Source: Gekko japonicus
Lineage: Eukaryota
NCBI RefSeq assembly: GCF_001447785.1
Contig: NW_015167177.1
Coordinates: 1 to 64,000 of the forward strand
Length of the DNA: 64,000 bases
Reading direction: 5' to 3'
A program made the position numbers and the translations under genes. Each line of letters opens with the position of its first letter. Position 1 is the stretch's first letter. A model generated the notes under the pieces. It was not told the origin of the DNA, made no database searches, and saw only the letters and a program-made list of their open reading frames with translations. Positions 38,385 to 51,934 of the stretch are shown here, in pieces.

Positions 38385-39880
38385 CCTTCATTCCTGAGGA
38401 CTGGAATGTAGCTAATGTAACTCCCATCTTTTAAAAAGGTTCCAGAGAAGATCTGGGAAATTACATGCCGGTCTAACGTCAATACCATGTAAATTTGTGG
38501 AATCTGATATTAAAGATAGAATTAGTAGGCACATTGATGAACAAAAGCTATAGAGGAAGAATCAGCATGTATTCTGTAAGGAAATATCTTATCTCCTTAA
38601 CCATTGAGTTCTTTAAAGGGTGACCCAGTAGATGTTGTTTACCTAGACTTCCAAAAAGCTTTTTCTTCATCAAAGGCTCCTAAGTAAATTCATCAGTCAT
38701 GGGATAAGGGGAAAAGTCCTCTTGTGGATTAAAAACTGGTTAATTGACAGGAAATATTGAGTCTAAATGGGCAGTTTTCACAGTGGAAGGTGGTAAGCAG
38801 TGGTGTACCGCAGGGCTAGGTACTAGGTCCCATGCTTTTTAACTTGTTTGTTAATGATTAGGAGTTAGGAGTAAGCAGTGAAGTGGCTAAGTTTGCAGAT
38901 GACACTAGGTTTTTCAGGGCAGTGAGAACCAGGGAGGACTGTGAGGCTCTCCAGATGGATCTGTTGAGGCTGGGCGAATGGGCATCAACATGGCAAATGA
39001 GGTGCAACGTGGGCAAGTGCAAAGTAATGCAAATTAGAACAAAAAATCCTAACTATAAATATACATTGATGGGGTGCAAACTGGCGGTAACTGACCAGGA
39101 TAGAGATCTTGGAGTCATAACTCACTGAAGATGTCAACTCAGTGTGCGACTGCAATAAAAAAGGCAAATGCTATACTGGGGATCATTAGGAAGGGGACTG
39201 AAAACAAATCAGCCAGTATCATAATGCCTCTGTATAAATCAATGGTGTGGGCTTGTTCGGAATACTGTGTACAGTTCTGGTCACCGCACCTCAAAAAAGA
39301 TATTATAGCATTGGAAAAGGTGGAGAAAAGGGCAACTAAAATTATTAAGGGGATGGAACACCTTCCCTATGAAGAAAGGTTAAAGAGGTTAGGGCTCTTT
39401 AGCTTGGAGAAATGACAACTGAGGAGTGACATGACAGAGGCTTACAAAATTATGCATGAGATAGAGAAGGCAGAGAAAGAAGTACTTTTCTCCCTTTCCC
39501 ACAATACAAGAACTCGTGGGCACTCAATGAAATTAATGAACAGTAGGCTTAGAACAGATAAAAGGAAGTGCTTCTTCACCTAAGGAGTAATTAACACATG
39601 GAATTCACTGACACAGGAAGTGGTGGCGGCTACAAGCATAGACAGTTTCAAGAGGTGATTGGATAAACATATGGAGCAGAGGTAAAGATGAACCCTATGG
39701 CTGGGGCAGTGATGCTCTGTATTCTTGGTGCCTGGGGGACAACAGCGGGAAGGCTTCTGGAGTTCTGGCCGCACTGGTGGACCTCCTGATGGCACCTGGG
39801 TTTTGGTCACTGTGTGACACAGACTGTTGGACTGGATGGGCTATTGGCCTGATCCAACATGGCTTCTCTTATGTTCTTAT
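38385..39880 (+). mobile_element. CR1 LINE, 5'-truncated and decayed
   Basis: KFADDT..WQMRCNVGKCKVM and EYCVQFWSPHLKKDI..YEERLKRLGLFSLEK. 3' end ggcttctcttatgttcttat. Confidence 0.95.
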
Positions 39881-40759
39881 AATTAACACAGCACCCATCT
39901 CAAGCTGCCAGGAGCTGTTTCCCAAACTTCTCATACGAAAGGCATATTTTTTCTGAATTAAAACTGCTGGCACATCTAATTTTTACAAGGTACTGCACAT
40001 GGAAATGCAATAGGCAGCATCCTCTGAGGGCAGGGAATTATGCTCTTTCTGCTTCAGGAGGGATGGAAGGCCCAATCACACTCAATGCACACCTAAGAGC
40101 AGAATTACCCACCTCTCAGCAGCAACTGATTGCACGGAGGAAGGCCAGAGAAATAAATCATGCAGATTCAGGGGAAGCCATTTTAAATTCCAGAAGCAAT
40201 CTTTTCAATTATGGGTTTTTCTGACATAGATCTTCAGTCAAAAATATCTGATGAAACACATTCAGGCTGATATTTAATATACACAAAGCCCTATTAGCTC
40301 ATTTAATTAGTTGTTGTTATTATTATTAATTTAATTTATAGACTGCCCTACCCCGGGCTCAGGGCAGTGCACAACAGGTTAAAATACAAATAAGTCAATT
40401 CCAGTTACAATAAAATCAGCAGCACCAATCAATGGGATAACATTGTGCTTCATTCCCTCCCTCATTGCAGCAGGTATGGTGACAGCTGCTCACTTGGAAG
40501 GCTTTAAAAGAATTCACACATTCATGGAAAATGGGTCTATCACCAGCATTTACTCATGATGATCAGTAACTGGAACCTGGGAGTTCAGTCTAAATCACAC
40601 ATTGTCAGGAGCAAAACAACATGGAAAGACAAATATCTTTCTACTAGGCTTGAGTGCTTCCAGAGATCTCTGGCTACCTAAGATTCTTCTACTCCAAATT
40701 TCCCTCTCTGCTGTTCCTTGCCTTTTCTACTCCTGCCCTGCCCCACCCTCATAAAGAGA

Positions 40760-40960
40760 CCTAGTGGCATAGTAGTTACAAGTATTAGGTTAGGACAGAG
40801 GACATCTGGGTTCAAATCCCTATTCTGCCATGAAGCTCACTTGGTGACTTTGATTCAGTCTCACTTTATAAGCCTACCCTCCTCTAAGGCTTGTTGTGAG
40901 GATAAAGTGGAGAAAGACAGAACCATGCATGCTGCCTTAAGATCCTTGGAAGGAAGAAAT
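40760..40960 (+). mobile_element. tRNA-derived SINE (Squam3/MIR-like), decayed
   Basis: B box ggttcaaatccc; body ggtgactttgattcagtc..ggcttgttgtgaggataaa. Confidence 0.65.
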
Positions 40961-41085
40961 ATAATGGTTAAAGGAAACCCCTACTTTTCTCCAACCAGAA
41001 GAAAAGGTATAAACTTGTGAATGCCTTCTGTCCAACACGTCCTCACTGACGCACTCTGATGGTCAGCCTACATTCCCAGTGTGTC

Positions 41086-41600
41086 GTGACATCAGAAGAC
41101 AAGGAATGAACTATATTTGTTCTCTAGCACTGGTACTAGGTCAAAGCTTAAAAGAATATCTGTGTCAGAACCCACAGCCAACAACGAAGTACACGCATTC
41201 AGGAACGGTTATACTTTTATTGCAGAGCTATAGATGCAAGAACATAGGCACTGTTAAGAATGGCGGTGGCCCCATGGGCATAATAGGATATAGGGTATTC
41301 GTATGCACACACACACCCCACAGCACTGGCCAATTAGGCACCCTCCCGCACGCGGGATAAAGCTTAGAGACCGTTAGGTAGCTGAAGCTGAGAATGAACA
41401 CTCTCCCATGACACCAAGGGAAAACCCAGACACCACAACACCCTCCTGCACATCTGTATAGATAAGCATATCGGCGCACAGCAGAGAAAGCACAGAAAGG
41501 AATGCAGTAGCAATTAACCTGAAAGGAAAGCAATAGCAATTAACCAGATACAGACCAAACTCCCCAACCTTCATGGCAGCATAGCTGACAATCTGTCACA
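41086..41600 (-). mobile_element. Possible solo-LTR-like element
   Basis: (C)GTGACA...TGTCACA termini, minus-strand AATAAA at ~41216, CpG retained. TSD unclear. Confidence 0.3.
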
Positions 41601-41815
41601 TACATGTATGCTGATGTTTAAAGAATTTGTCCATGCCCTTTTTCTATTGAATAGCACTGTACCATGAATAAGAATGTGCCACTGAGTGCAGCCCGCTTCA
41701 CAGGTCAACTAACTGCATCCTTTCAACTTCTTATGGAAGAAGTTTCTCACTGTACACCGTCCCACTGGACAAGGTGGGATTTGCTTCCAAATACGGATAT
41801 GTGCAAGATGCAAGT

Positions 41816-43845
41816 TTATTATTTATTATTTCCAATTTATAACCTGCCTTTCCTGCACAGGTAACCTTAAGGTGGCGTACAACATGTTAAAATACAATAC
41901 AATAAATACAATAAAACAGATGCATAGATGCAATACTATAAAATTTACGTAACACACAGTGTACATACAAAGTGCAATTGAGTGCAGATGGCGAGCAATG
42001 CTCCCTCTAAGCCGTGGAGCCTTGTGAGCAAAAATTCTACTTTGTGAGCTACTGGCATTAAAATTGTGAGCCAGCAATTTGGCTACCGCAGAAATTAGTT
42101 TGCTCTGGAGCCATCCTTCCGGAGCGAAGACAAAAAGGTGTGAGCCGGAGGCTAAAAAACTGTGAGCTAGCTCACACTAACTCAGCTTAGAGGGAACACT
42201 GATGGCAAGTGCTGTATGATGGTCCATAGTTGTTCTTGGTGCCACTGACATGGGGGCCATGATGGTTCAGTTTTTAAGCTTGTTCCTCAGTGGCGGCTCC
42301 TAATCGAAGGCCTCGTGGAAGAGCTCCGTTTTACAGGCCCTGCGGAACTGTAAAAGTTCCTGCAGGGCCCTGTCTTCTGGGAGCTCATTCCACCAGTGTG
42401 GAGCCATCACTGAAAAGGCCCTAGCTCTGGTAGCGGCCAATCTGGCATCTTTCAGACCAGGGAGAGTCAGGCGATTTTGTGACCCTGACCTCAGTGCTCT
42501 CTGGGGGGCATATGGGGAAAGGTGGTCCCTCAGGTAGGCAGGCCCCTGACCATAAAGGGCTTTAAAGGTCAAAGCCAGCACCTTGAAGCGAATGCGGTAT
42601 GCTATTGGCAGCCAGTGCAATGCCTTCAGCACAGGCCGGATGTGCTCTCGTATAGAGAGGCCCATCAGCAGCCTGGCTGCTGCATTTTGCACCAGCTACA
42701 GCTTCCAGATTTGGGACAAGGGCAGCCCCAAGTAGAGAGCGTTGCAGTCGTCCAATCTTGAGGTGACCATAGCATGGATCACCATTGCCAGGTGACTGCA
42801 TTCGAGGAAGGGAACCAACTGCCTGATCATCCGTATATGGTAAAAGGCTGCCTTGGCAGTGGCTGCTACCTGGGCCTCCATTGTTAAGGCGGCATCCAGG
42901 AGCACTCCCAGAATCCTGACCCTCAGCATTGGCACCAAAAGCACCCCATCAAAGGTTGGTAGTGGGATCCCTACCCCCAACCCGCTCCGACTCAGGCACA
43001 GGACCTCCGTCTTCGTTAGATTCAATCTCAATTGTCTCAGTCTAAGCCAGCCTGCCATGTCCTGAAGCACCCCATCCAGGTCATCTGGGGTAGAGTCGGA
43101 CTGACCACCTAACAACAGATATAGCCGGGTGTCGTCTGCGTATTCTTGACACCCTCGCCTGTGCCTCCAGGCAATCGGGCGCATGTAGATGTTAAATAAC
43201 ATCGGGGATAGCACCGCTCCTTGAGGAACCCCGCAAGTCAGCAGGTGCCTCTGGGATGTCTGATCCCCTAATGCCACCCTCTGTCCCTGACCTTGGAGAA
43301 AGGAGACAAGCCATTGCAAGGCAAGCCCCTGAATCCCAGTGTTGGCAAGGCAGTGGATCAGTAACTGATGGTCGACTGTGTCAAACGCCACCAACAGGTC
43401 CAACAACAGAACCACCATGCCGCCCCAATCCAGATGCCTCCGGAGGTAGTCTGTGAGGGTGACCAGTGCCATCTCTGTCCCATGGCCTGGACGAAAGCCA
43501 GACTGGAAAGGGTCTAGCATGGAAGTGTCATCCATAAAGCTCTGCAACTGAATCGCCACCACTCTCTCAAGTAATTTGCCCTAGTTAGCCAATTCAGCCG
43601 GGTCCAAGGATGGTTTTTTTAGGAGAGGGCAGACCATCGCTTCCTTGAGTGCCCCGGGAACAGTCCCTCAATTAATGACTTGTTGATAATATCCCTGAGG
43701 GAATCTCGAAACCCTTCACAGCCAGCTTTTATAAGCCATGAAGGACAGGGATCCAGGCTACACGTGGTAGGGCATACTGTTGAGAGCAATCTGTCGACTT
43801 CCTCAAGTGGACTGAAATAATCCAGAATAGGACCAGAAGACCTGC
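41816..43845 (-). mobile_element. L2-clade LINE, same family as 36326-37950
   Basis: 288-aa RT ORF at 42696-43562 (DPFQSGFRPGHGTEMAL..GVPQGAVLSPMLFNIYM..EYADDTRLY) plus a C-terminal ORF at 42300-42692. Tail at ~41816. Confidence 0.93.
41996..42201 (-). mobile_element. 206-bp hAT-type MITE inside the L2 3'UTR
   Basis: TIRs CAATGCTCCCTCTAAGC and GCTTAGAGGGAACACTG. 8-bp TSD ATGGCGAG / ATGGCAAG. Inverted sibling at 61346. Confidence 0.9.
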
Positions 43846-44379
43846 GTTAATTAAATATAGGATAGGCATGCACAAGATAGAAAGAAAGCAGTCCAAATTA
43901 TCATCTTAACTAAGAACGAATTGTTTTGGAACCACTCTTTAGATATCACAAAACTTCTCCAGATGGTTTAAAGATTAAGGATGAAGTCCTGAACACACTT
44001 CCTAGGGCATAAATTCCACTGAAGTCAACTGGATTTTCTTCTGAGTACAAATTGTTAGGGTTGCACTGTAAATTTATTGCAGCAGTATAAGCTAAATTGC
44101 ACAATAACGTTTCATACGGTAAAAAAATTATAATGTACTGTCTTCTACGAGCATCAAGGCAGACTACATTTCTTTGATACTTAGATACCGCTTTTTGCAA
44201 AAAGCAGAACGAAGGCTGCTGCCGGCTTGGCGTTCAAATTACCTGTAATAAAAGATCCCTCGTCCTCGAAACCTAACTTCTCTACATCAAAGGGCATCTC
44301 TTTCGACCTACGAACATTTGTTCTATTAAACGACTCCCTAACCCCATTTGTCCCCGCATAACTGAATATGCTGGACGCG

Positions 44380-45090
44380 ATGAAAGGCCTCATTGGCCCG
44401 ACTTCCCGCTCAGCTCGCCGCAAGCCTCCGCGCGCCTCTCTCAGGCCTGCTACAGAGAGACGCACTCTGCCACCTCCCCTCACCCTCGCTCCACAATTGG
44501 CTGCCTCCGTCCCGGAAGGCCCGTGCGTCATTTCCGGGGAGGCCGCCATCTTGTCGGCGGTTGGTGGAGTTCGACGCGGCTCAACCTGGGACGCCTCCGC
44601 CTGCCTCGTTGCCGGCCTGTTTGCCCGCTTCTTCGGTCGAAGCCGCCTGTACCGTACCGCCGCCGGTCCCCGGTGCCGCCATGGCCCACAACTGCCCTGT
44701 TGTGGGCGCCGGGAATTGCCATCCGCCGCCGCAGCACCAGGGGGCCCAGCCGCCGCATCCGCAGGCCGGAGCCGTCTTGTCGCCCCCGCTGCCGCTCCAA
44801 AGCGCGGGCCCGAAGCCGGCAGCCTCGGGCAAGCAAGGCAACGTCCTGCCCCTGTGGGGGAACGAGAAGACCATGAACCTGAACCCCATGATCCTCACCA
44901 ACATCCTCTCCTCGCCTTACTTCAAGGTGCAGCTCTACGAGCTGAAGACCTACCACGAGGTGGTCGATGAGATCTACTTCAAGGTGAGCGAGTCGGGAAG
45001 GGGATTGGGAGGGTGGCAGCGGCGGAGGCCCGCTCCTGCCTCGTGGGTCGTCTCCAGCTCCGGCTTCTCCCGCTGCTGCCGTCATTCCTT
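44380..45090 (+). promoter_or_regulatory. PRPF38B: PRPF38B CpG-island promoter
   Basis: Strong CpG island. YY1 consensus GCCGCCATCTT at 44542-44552, ETS-like CCGGAA/TTCCGG at ~44512-44537, ATTGG boxes at ~44392 and ~44496, TGCGTCA at 44524. Confidence 0.85.
44681..44983 (+). CDS. PRPF38B: PRPF38B coding exon 1 (pre-mRNA splicing factor 38B)
   Basis: Strong Kozak context gccgccATGG. Encodes ...SGKQGNVLPLWGNEKTMNLNPMILTNILSSPYFKVQLYELKTYHEVVDEIYFK. Donor AAG|gtgagc. Confidence 0.97.
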
Positions 45091-45635
45091 TATAGATGTG
45101 TGAGAATCTGTCTCGGTTTCGCATTCCCTTCTGCCATATTTTTGCGAAACAATATTAGGCATTTTTTTACGATCCCAAAATCAAGTCAAGGACTGAGCTT
45201 CATTGCTCTTAAAAGAGCTCAGTGTGGCTGTAAGAATTCTTTGTGGCTTTTATTTTTTCTATGATGAATAGCTGTAAAGCTCTCTGCTATAGTCTGAACC
45301 ATATTGTTCAGGTTGGGGATATTTCGGTATTATTCGTGTATGGAGGGGGCGACACATTATGCAACTGTTCCACGTTGTCGAGATTTGGGCTGGTCAGACT
45401 CCTAAACCTGATGCTGGTGCCAGTTGAAACATTATATCTGTGTGTATAAGCAAGGGGGGGGGGAGAGAAACTGGAGAGTGTCATTGTTAATGTTATTTAC
45501 TCTAGATATTTGTAATCGTATTTTTCCCAACAACTGAGACCCAAGGCAGACTTCAAAGAAAAAACATAATTTCAAGTAAAACATGCACCATTATTTAGCA
45601 TTTAAAAGTCTCCTTGAAGACTTGCAGTTATACAG

Positions 45636-45826
45636 TTTATATTCCACCTTTCAACACAGTAGGGACCAAAATTAATTTACATTGTTGTCTTCATTTTCAT
45701 AACCCTGTGAAGTAGATTAGGATGAGAATGTGTAACTGATTCACTCAGCACTCAGGAAATTTCCATGGCAGAGTGGGGATTTCCCCCAGATCATAGTGTG
45801 ACAATTTAACCACTACATCACACTGG
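45636..45826 (-). mobile_element. tRNA-derived SINE, decayed
   Basis: tttatattccacc..aaccctgtgaagtagattagg..ttaaccactacatcacactgg (A box on the minus strand). Confidence 0.6.
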
Positions 45827-48709
45827 TTGTTGTGCCTTGAATGGTTATGATAGTGCATTTTTCTATTTTGCTCAAGTCCTGGCACAGAGCTATTTTATCT
45901 CTGTGTTTATTAAGGCTCATAATTGAAATATTTGTGCATATGAGTTATGTCTCTTTTTTTAAAATGAGGTACTTGTCCTGATATGGAGAGTAGGATCTCT
46001 TCAGCTTGATATATTTGGTCCCTGTCTTTAGTCTACTGTGTCCATTTGGTAGGGCCTCTTGTCAAGCAAATACAAATTCTGCAGTCTGAAAGTTGATCAG
46101 GAGTTGCTTATTTTCTGAATGCTCATTCTAACTTTAAAGTTGATTATTTTGTGCTGGAGTGGGAAAGAGGGATCCTCTGGAGTTAGCAAAATACCTTGAA
46201 ATTGATCCAACAACTAGATGGGTCAAAAGTTCACCTATTATCTTTGTGTCCTTATGAACCCTTTGGCCCTTTTAAGATGAGACCTGACTGACTGACTGAA
46301 TAACATGGATAGAGACCTGGAGTTTGCATTTTTTTAAATGAAAATATATTATGATGTTGGCATAATTTGATATGCTAATAGATCGTGTTCTTTCTGTAAC
46401 CTAGAGGGAAATTGTTAAATGTATTTAGCTGTGCTGAACTGTGGCCTTTTCCACTTCTGTGTCTGAACTGTGTGTATCTCCAAAATGAGAGAAAGAGGCA
46501 GCTTTCATTGTATTAGCTTTTTCTTCCTGTGATTGTGATGCAGCATGTCTTTTTATAATTGATAAAACACTTACCTTGTGCAATCTATTTTTGACTAGCA
46601 GATATTCTCAGCTCTAAAGTTTGGTATGTCTAACCAAAATGAAGTTGTTTCAATTGAAGAAAAAATGTTGCTTTAATCTACTTTGCAGGAGGTAGTTCTG
46701 ATTTTAAGACGCAGTGTTGTGTTTCAGTTTAAATTAAATTTGGGAAATCTGTCAAGATAATGTATTATATTTGTCAAGATGGCTTTGTTCATTTATGTGA
46801 ATTCTAAATAATATAGACAAAAAAAGATGAAATGCTCTCCAGTGAGACATGCTATAAATACTTTCAAAGGGATTTATAAAGGATGTGCACTGCACGCATA
46901 TTCGCTCAGAAGTAAGCTCCACTGACATTGGGATTTACTCTCTTGTAAATGGCCGCAGCATTGTACTTGGTGCCTGTATACATGCATCCCAAACGTTTGG
47001 AATGGCACCCACAACCTTGGCAATCCTTAAACTGCGCCAAACTGAATTATTCAGGAGGGTGTGTACAGGTAGTAGGGCTATATGATAATGATTCAGGAAG
47101 ATGCTTTAAGAAAGGGAAAGGGACTAAACTATACTGATATGTATAGCAAGTACTATCTGTCATTGTGTGTATTAATGTGTAACTTTTTCATTGTTTAACA
47201 AATCATGTTAATACTTTCACCTTCTTTCTACTTTGTTTTGGATTTTTGCTTCCTTTCAGATGTACACAAGCCTAATTGTATTACCTTGTTCCTTGGATGT
47301 CCTATCCTATTGATTGTATTGAATGATACTGTGTAATCTGCTTTGCATCTCCATGAGAAAGGGGAATTATACATAATGTAAATATATTATCCAGTCTCTT
47401 TGTTCCTCTGGCAGAATGACATTCCATTTGCAGAAAAGGGAGTGGTAATTTCTTTCTTCTACTGCAGACCCTCACTTTTCCCCCATGTTGTTCCAAGGAT
47501 CTGCTGATCCCCCCAGGAAAAAACTTTCCAGTGTGCTCAGGTGACCCTCACTGGGAAAGTCCAAATCTATATAGTCCACAGGTGGCTGGATACACACCAG
47601 TATATTTGTTCATGAAGGGGCTGAAATGTAGACATTTAAATTTTTTGTCCTCCAATGGGTTAAGTATTAATATGCCTAATTATTCTAATTCAGCACTCAG
47701 TTTCAGAAAAGAGGATGACTGCCTTACGCTTTTTCTGTAGTCTCATTCATGAAGGTTTTGAGCAACTTAAACATAATTTAATTAGCATGGGAGGTCTGCT
47801 GCCTAGGCAAATTCCAATTGCTGTTTACTATAGCAGAGAACCACTTGGGACAAGTGTGCTGCCCCTTCTATACAATTTTTTGTATCGAAACAATTTGTTG
47901 GTTCCTTTTTGTTATTAAAATATGATTTATAATCTAGAAGAGTGAGCAAAGACTTTCACATTTAATATTCTATCTGATTTTTTAAAAATTGCAATATTTA
48001 TACATTACTTTGAAGCCACAGAAGCTCCCAAGGTGGTCTACATTAAAAACTGAAGCATTTCATCATAATAAAATAAGACTGTTGTAGGTATTTTATTTAT
48101 TTATTTATTTATTTGATTTATATTCTGCCCTCCCCACAAGTGGGCTCAGGGCGGATTACAGCTGTTTTTTCTTCAGTGGTGAAGCCAGGGAACATAGCAT
48201 CCCTTTTCCCTGTAAGGATGATGCAGGGCAGAATCATGAAGCATTAATCTTCCCTAGAGAGTTGTGCAACTGCTGCCTGCTTGGTTGCTAATGACAACAT
48301 GTCTCAGGTTCTGTTTGATGTTTCAGAGATGTGAGAGGGCAGGGCTGTCCAATTACCACTGTCTCCCAGATAAAGATTCCCTGGTGGGTCAGCCCACACT
48401 GTCCAGGCATTGTATGACTTGTTTCACAGCCCTTTGAGAACCTTGTCCTGTCTAACTCTGTCCTCTTATCTGAGCAGACAGGACATTCAGTGCTCCTTCC
48501 CAGCCCTCTCAGTGTTCTACCCTTTTCCCTCTTTATAAGGCCATTTGAAAGTCCCAGGACAACACTAGTGACCTACAGCACCAGATTTTGATTTCCATAA
48601 TACCATAATATTATGATATCATAATCATGATATTGATTAGATCCTCCCCACAGCAATAAACCTTTCTCATGGCTCATTCTCTTTTGGCCTGACCTACATT
48701 AGACAAATA

Positions 48710-48866
48710 CAGGGCTTTTTTTCTGGGAGAACGTGCTGGAATGGAGTTCCAGAACCTCTTCAACGAAATTCTTCTAAAAATGTTTAAAAGTTCATGAGTT
48801 TTCAGTACAGATAGGAAACTTCATTTCCCTCTTGAGAGTTCCGGCACCTCTTTAAAAAATGCCCTG
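48710..48866. mobile_element. 157-bp hAT-type MITE
   Basis: Termini CAGGGCTTTTTT and AAAAAATGCCCTG. Perfect 8-bp TSD GACAAATA. Confidence 0.88.
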
Positions 48867-49380
48867 GACAAATATGAGGATAAAATGTATACAAAACTAT
48901 TGATCATTGTAGAAAAGGCAGGATAAAAATGTGACAGGAGAGGGACATTGACATCATGTTGTATTTTAGAGGTGCTTAGACTTAGATGGCAGATGTAGGC
49001 TAGCTTTAAATTATTTATTTTTTTCTTTATCAACAGCTTCTTCCTGTACCGTATTGTAACTACTTTTAAGATGTGCTTATATTCAGAATGAATCTGCTGT
49101 GCAACTTGGCAGCTGTTCCAAGAGGGAAAGTCCAGTAAAGTATGAGATGGGCAGATGTGTTTAGTAGATTATGTTTTATGAAATACATGTTATATTTGTG
49201 ATATATGTCACTAATTTAAAGATTTACAGTCTGATTCTACATATGCTAAGTTGGAAATCGATATCAGTGAATTCAGTGGGGCTTAGTCCCTGCTAAAGTT
49301 ATAGAGCTGCAGCCTTAGTTTTATGGGCAAGTGTCTATCCCTGCTTCCCCCAGCTCATCACAGAATGTAATATGGTTTTT

Positions 49381-49765
49381 GTTGTTGTTCAATTGCACAG
49401 TCGAGTCCAACTCTTCACGACCCCTTGGACCACATCACGCCAGGCCCTCCTGTCTTCTGTCGTGCTCTGGAGTTTGCTTAATTTCATGTTTGTTGCCTCG
49501 ATAACACTGTCTAACCATCTCATCCTTTGCCGTCCCCTTCTTCTTTGACCTTCAATCTTTCCCAGCACCAGGGTCTTCTCCAGTGAGTGCTCCCTCACTG
49601 TATTTGAGTTTCAGCTTCAGTATCTGGCCTTCCAGGGAACAGTCAGGGTTGATTTCTTTTAGGATTGACTGATTTGATCTTCTTGCAGTCCAGGACACTC
49701 TCAAGAGAGTTCTCCAGCACCGTAATTCAAAATAATCTATTCTTCAGCGCTTGGCCTTCCTTATA
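49381..49765 (-). mobile_element. RTE-BovB LINE 3' fragment
   Basis: SLEKTLVLGKIEGQRRRGRQRMRWLDSVIEATNMKLSKL..DRRAWRDVVQGVVKSWTRL, the BovB C-terminus, followed by a (CAA)n tail. Confidence 0.93.
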
Positions 49766-50464
49766 GCAATGGTATTCCCAGTAGTACTGTACTATGGTAC
49801 TTTCCCCAAAATCTGAATACTGAGCTCCCTTCAAAGTTTGGTTCAGTTATGCTCTTGATATTCTCAAAAAGCTGAGTACCCCAATATCATTCCCTTCCCC
49901 TAAAACATACTTGAAGGTTGGCTCTGAATCAACATACTGGTGTACCTTTTTCTGGCAGTACCCACTGTCCAGCAGGTGAACTCTTCACCAGCAAGCGTTT
50001 CAGTTGTATAAAGATGTAGGAAACAGAGACATAAATAAATCTAGCAGTGACAAGGGAGCCTTCCAGCAGAGCATCCAGTAGCCTCCTTCTCCTGCCGCAG
50101 TCTTCAGGGCACCAGGAATCCTGGGAGAATGTCATTCCCAAGGGTCTGGTGTTAAGTCTAGCTTGAGAGGAGAAAGGAGTGGTAGCAGGGAAAGCTGTAA
50201 TAGGATGAGACCATTCCACACCAAGACCAGATTTTGTAGCACTGTAGGCTCAGTTAGGAATGTACTAGGAGGGCACATCTTACAGCAGCATCTTTACAAC
50301 ATCTTACAGCAGCAAATTCATTAAGATAGCAGGCTTCCTGGTGATGTCCAGCGGCCTCATCAGAGTTCTTCTACACATTACAGTAGGCCAAATGATTGTG
50401 TATATTTAAACTTGCTATATTTAGGGTATATCATTAACTTCATTTCCATTAGTAGTAACAATCT

Positions 50465-51842
50465 CATTTAATGACCTCCAGAGACATCTGGATTGAGACA
50501 GGTCGGTGCTGCTATTGCTTCTTGACTTAACAGCGGTATTCGACATGGTCGATTACGATCTCATGATCCACCGCTTCACCAATGTAGGAATATGGAGGAC
50601 TGCCTTACAGTTTTTTTTATCCTTTCTCCACGGTTGAGGACAGAGGGTGGCACTTGGCAAGAGGGTCTCTCTGTGATACCCACTTGAATGCAGGGTGCCA
50701 CAGGGGTGATCCTCTCACCAATATTGTTCAACATCTACATGCACCGGTTGCGCCCCGTTACCCAGCTCTATCTGTTGATGAGCCAGACTCAGCCCCAGAT
50801 ATTCTGGACAGCAGAGCTGGCTGAAACTAAATCGAACAAAGATGGAAGTTCTGTACCTGAGCTGGGGGGAGGGGGGGTTGGATCAGGAATCAGGCTCCCA
50901 GCCTTGGATGGGGCACCATTGGCGTCAGTGCCGAGGGTGAGGAGCCTGCAAATTATTCTGGATGCCTCACTCTCTATGGAGGCCCAAGTTACCACTGTTG
51001 CCAGGTCAGCCTTCTATCATCTTCAGCAGATCAGGCAACTGGTCCCCTATCTCTCCTCCTGGGAGTTAGCTACAGTGACCCATGGAGTGGTTACTTCCAG
51101 GCTAGATTACTGTAACTCGCTTTACATTGGCTTACCTTGAATCTGATCCAGAAACTCCAGCGAGTGCAAAATATGGTGGTGCGCCTGCTCACAGTCACAC
51201 CTGTGCAGGCATGCATTCAGCCGGTGCTACACCAATTGCACTGGCTACCAATTGAGTACCAGATCCATTTCAATGTATTTGTATTAACCTTTAAAGTCGT
51301 ATGCAGGCTGGGACCAACATCTCTAGAGGACTGTCTCTCCCCATATGTACCCTAGAGAGTCTTGCAGTCTGCTGACCAACATTTGCTGATTGTTCCTGGC
51401 CCAAGGGACGTCCACTTAGCCTTGACCAGGGCCAGGCCTGGTGGAATATGCTCCCATTTGAGATCAGGGCCCTGTGGGACTTATTGCAGTTTCACAGGGC
51501 CTGTAAAATGGAGCTGTTCCATCAGGCCTTTGGCTGAGGCAGCAGATGCCCAATCATTTGGCCTCCCCTGCTGAGAACTTGCCCTGTGAAATCTGCCTAT
51601 GTGAAAGACCTACCATCACAACTTCGGTCAGCGGGTTTCCTGTTTCTGTTGCTTGTTTATTAACATTGTGAGATCCATGAATTGCTGCTAACTAGACCAA
51701 TATTTTCTTGTTTTAACTTTTAACTATTATTGCTTATTTAATCTGTTTTAATTGTTGGATATGTTCTGTTGTTACCTGCCCTGAGCCCGCTTGCAGGAAG
51801 GGAGGGATATAAGTCAAATAAATTAAAATTAAATTAAAATTC
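50465..51842 (+). mobile_element. L2-clade LINE, decayed, in PRPF38B intron 1
   Basis: LSPILFNIYM, SRLDYCNSLYIGLP and LHWLPIEYQIHF motifs. 3' end cctgagcccgcttgcaggaagggagggatataag with an (AAATT)n tail. Confidence 0.9.
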
Positions 51843-51934
51843 ACAATACACAGTGCTTCCCAACAAAGAATCAGAAGGTCATAAATGGCAGCCTGAAATT
51901 AAAGCGAGTTTGATCATTCCCTTTTTGTTTGCAG

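Noticed and set aside
36326-43845. Segmental duplication suggested by similar ORFs at 36.6-37.9 kb and 42.3-43.6 kb
   Set aside because: The similarity is confined to L2 coding sequence, with different truncation points and flanks. These are independent insertions of one family.
44190-44205. Perfect 16-bp palindrome GCTTTTTGCAAAAAGC upstream of the PRPF38B promoter
   Set aside because: Low-complexity arms; no other evidence of function.
44368-45124. Multiple 100-236 aa overlapping ORFs around PRPF38B exon 1
   Set aside because: Expected in a CpG island. Only the frame from the Kozak ATG at 44681 matches PRPF38B.
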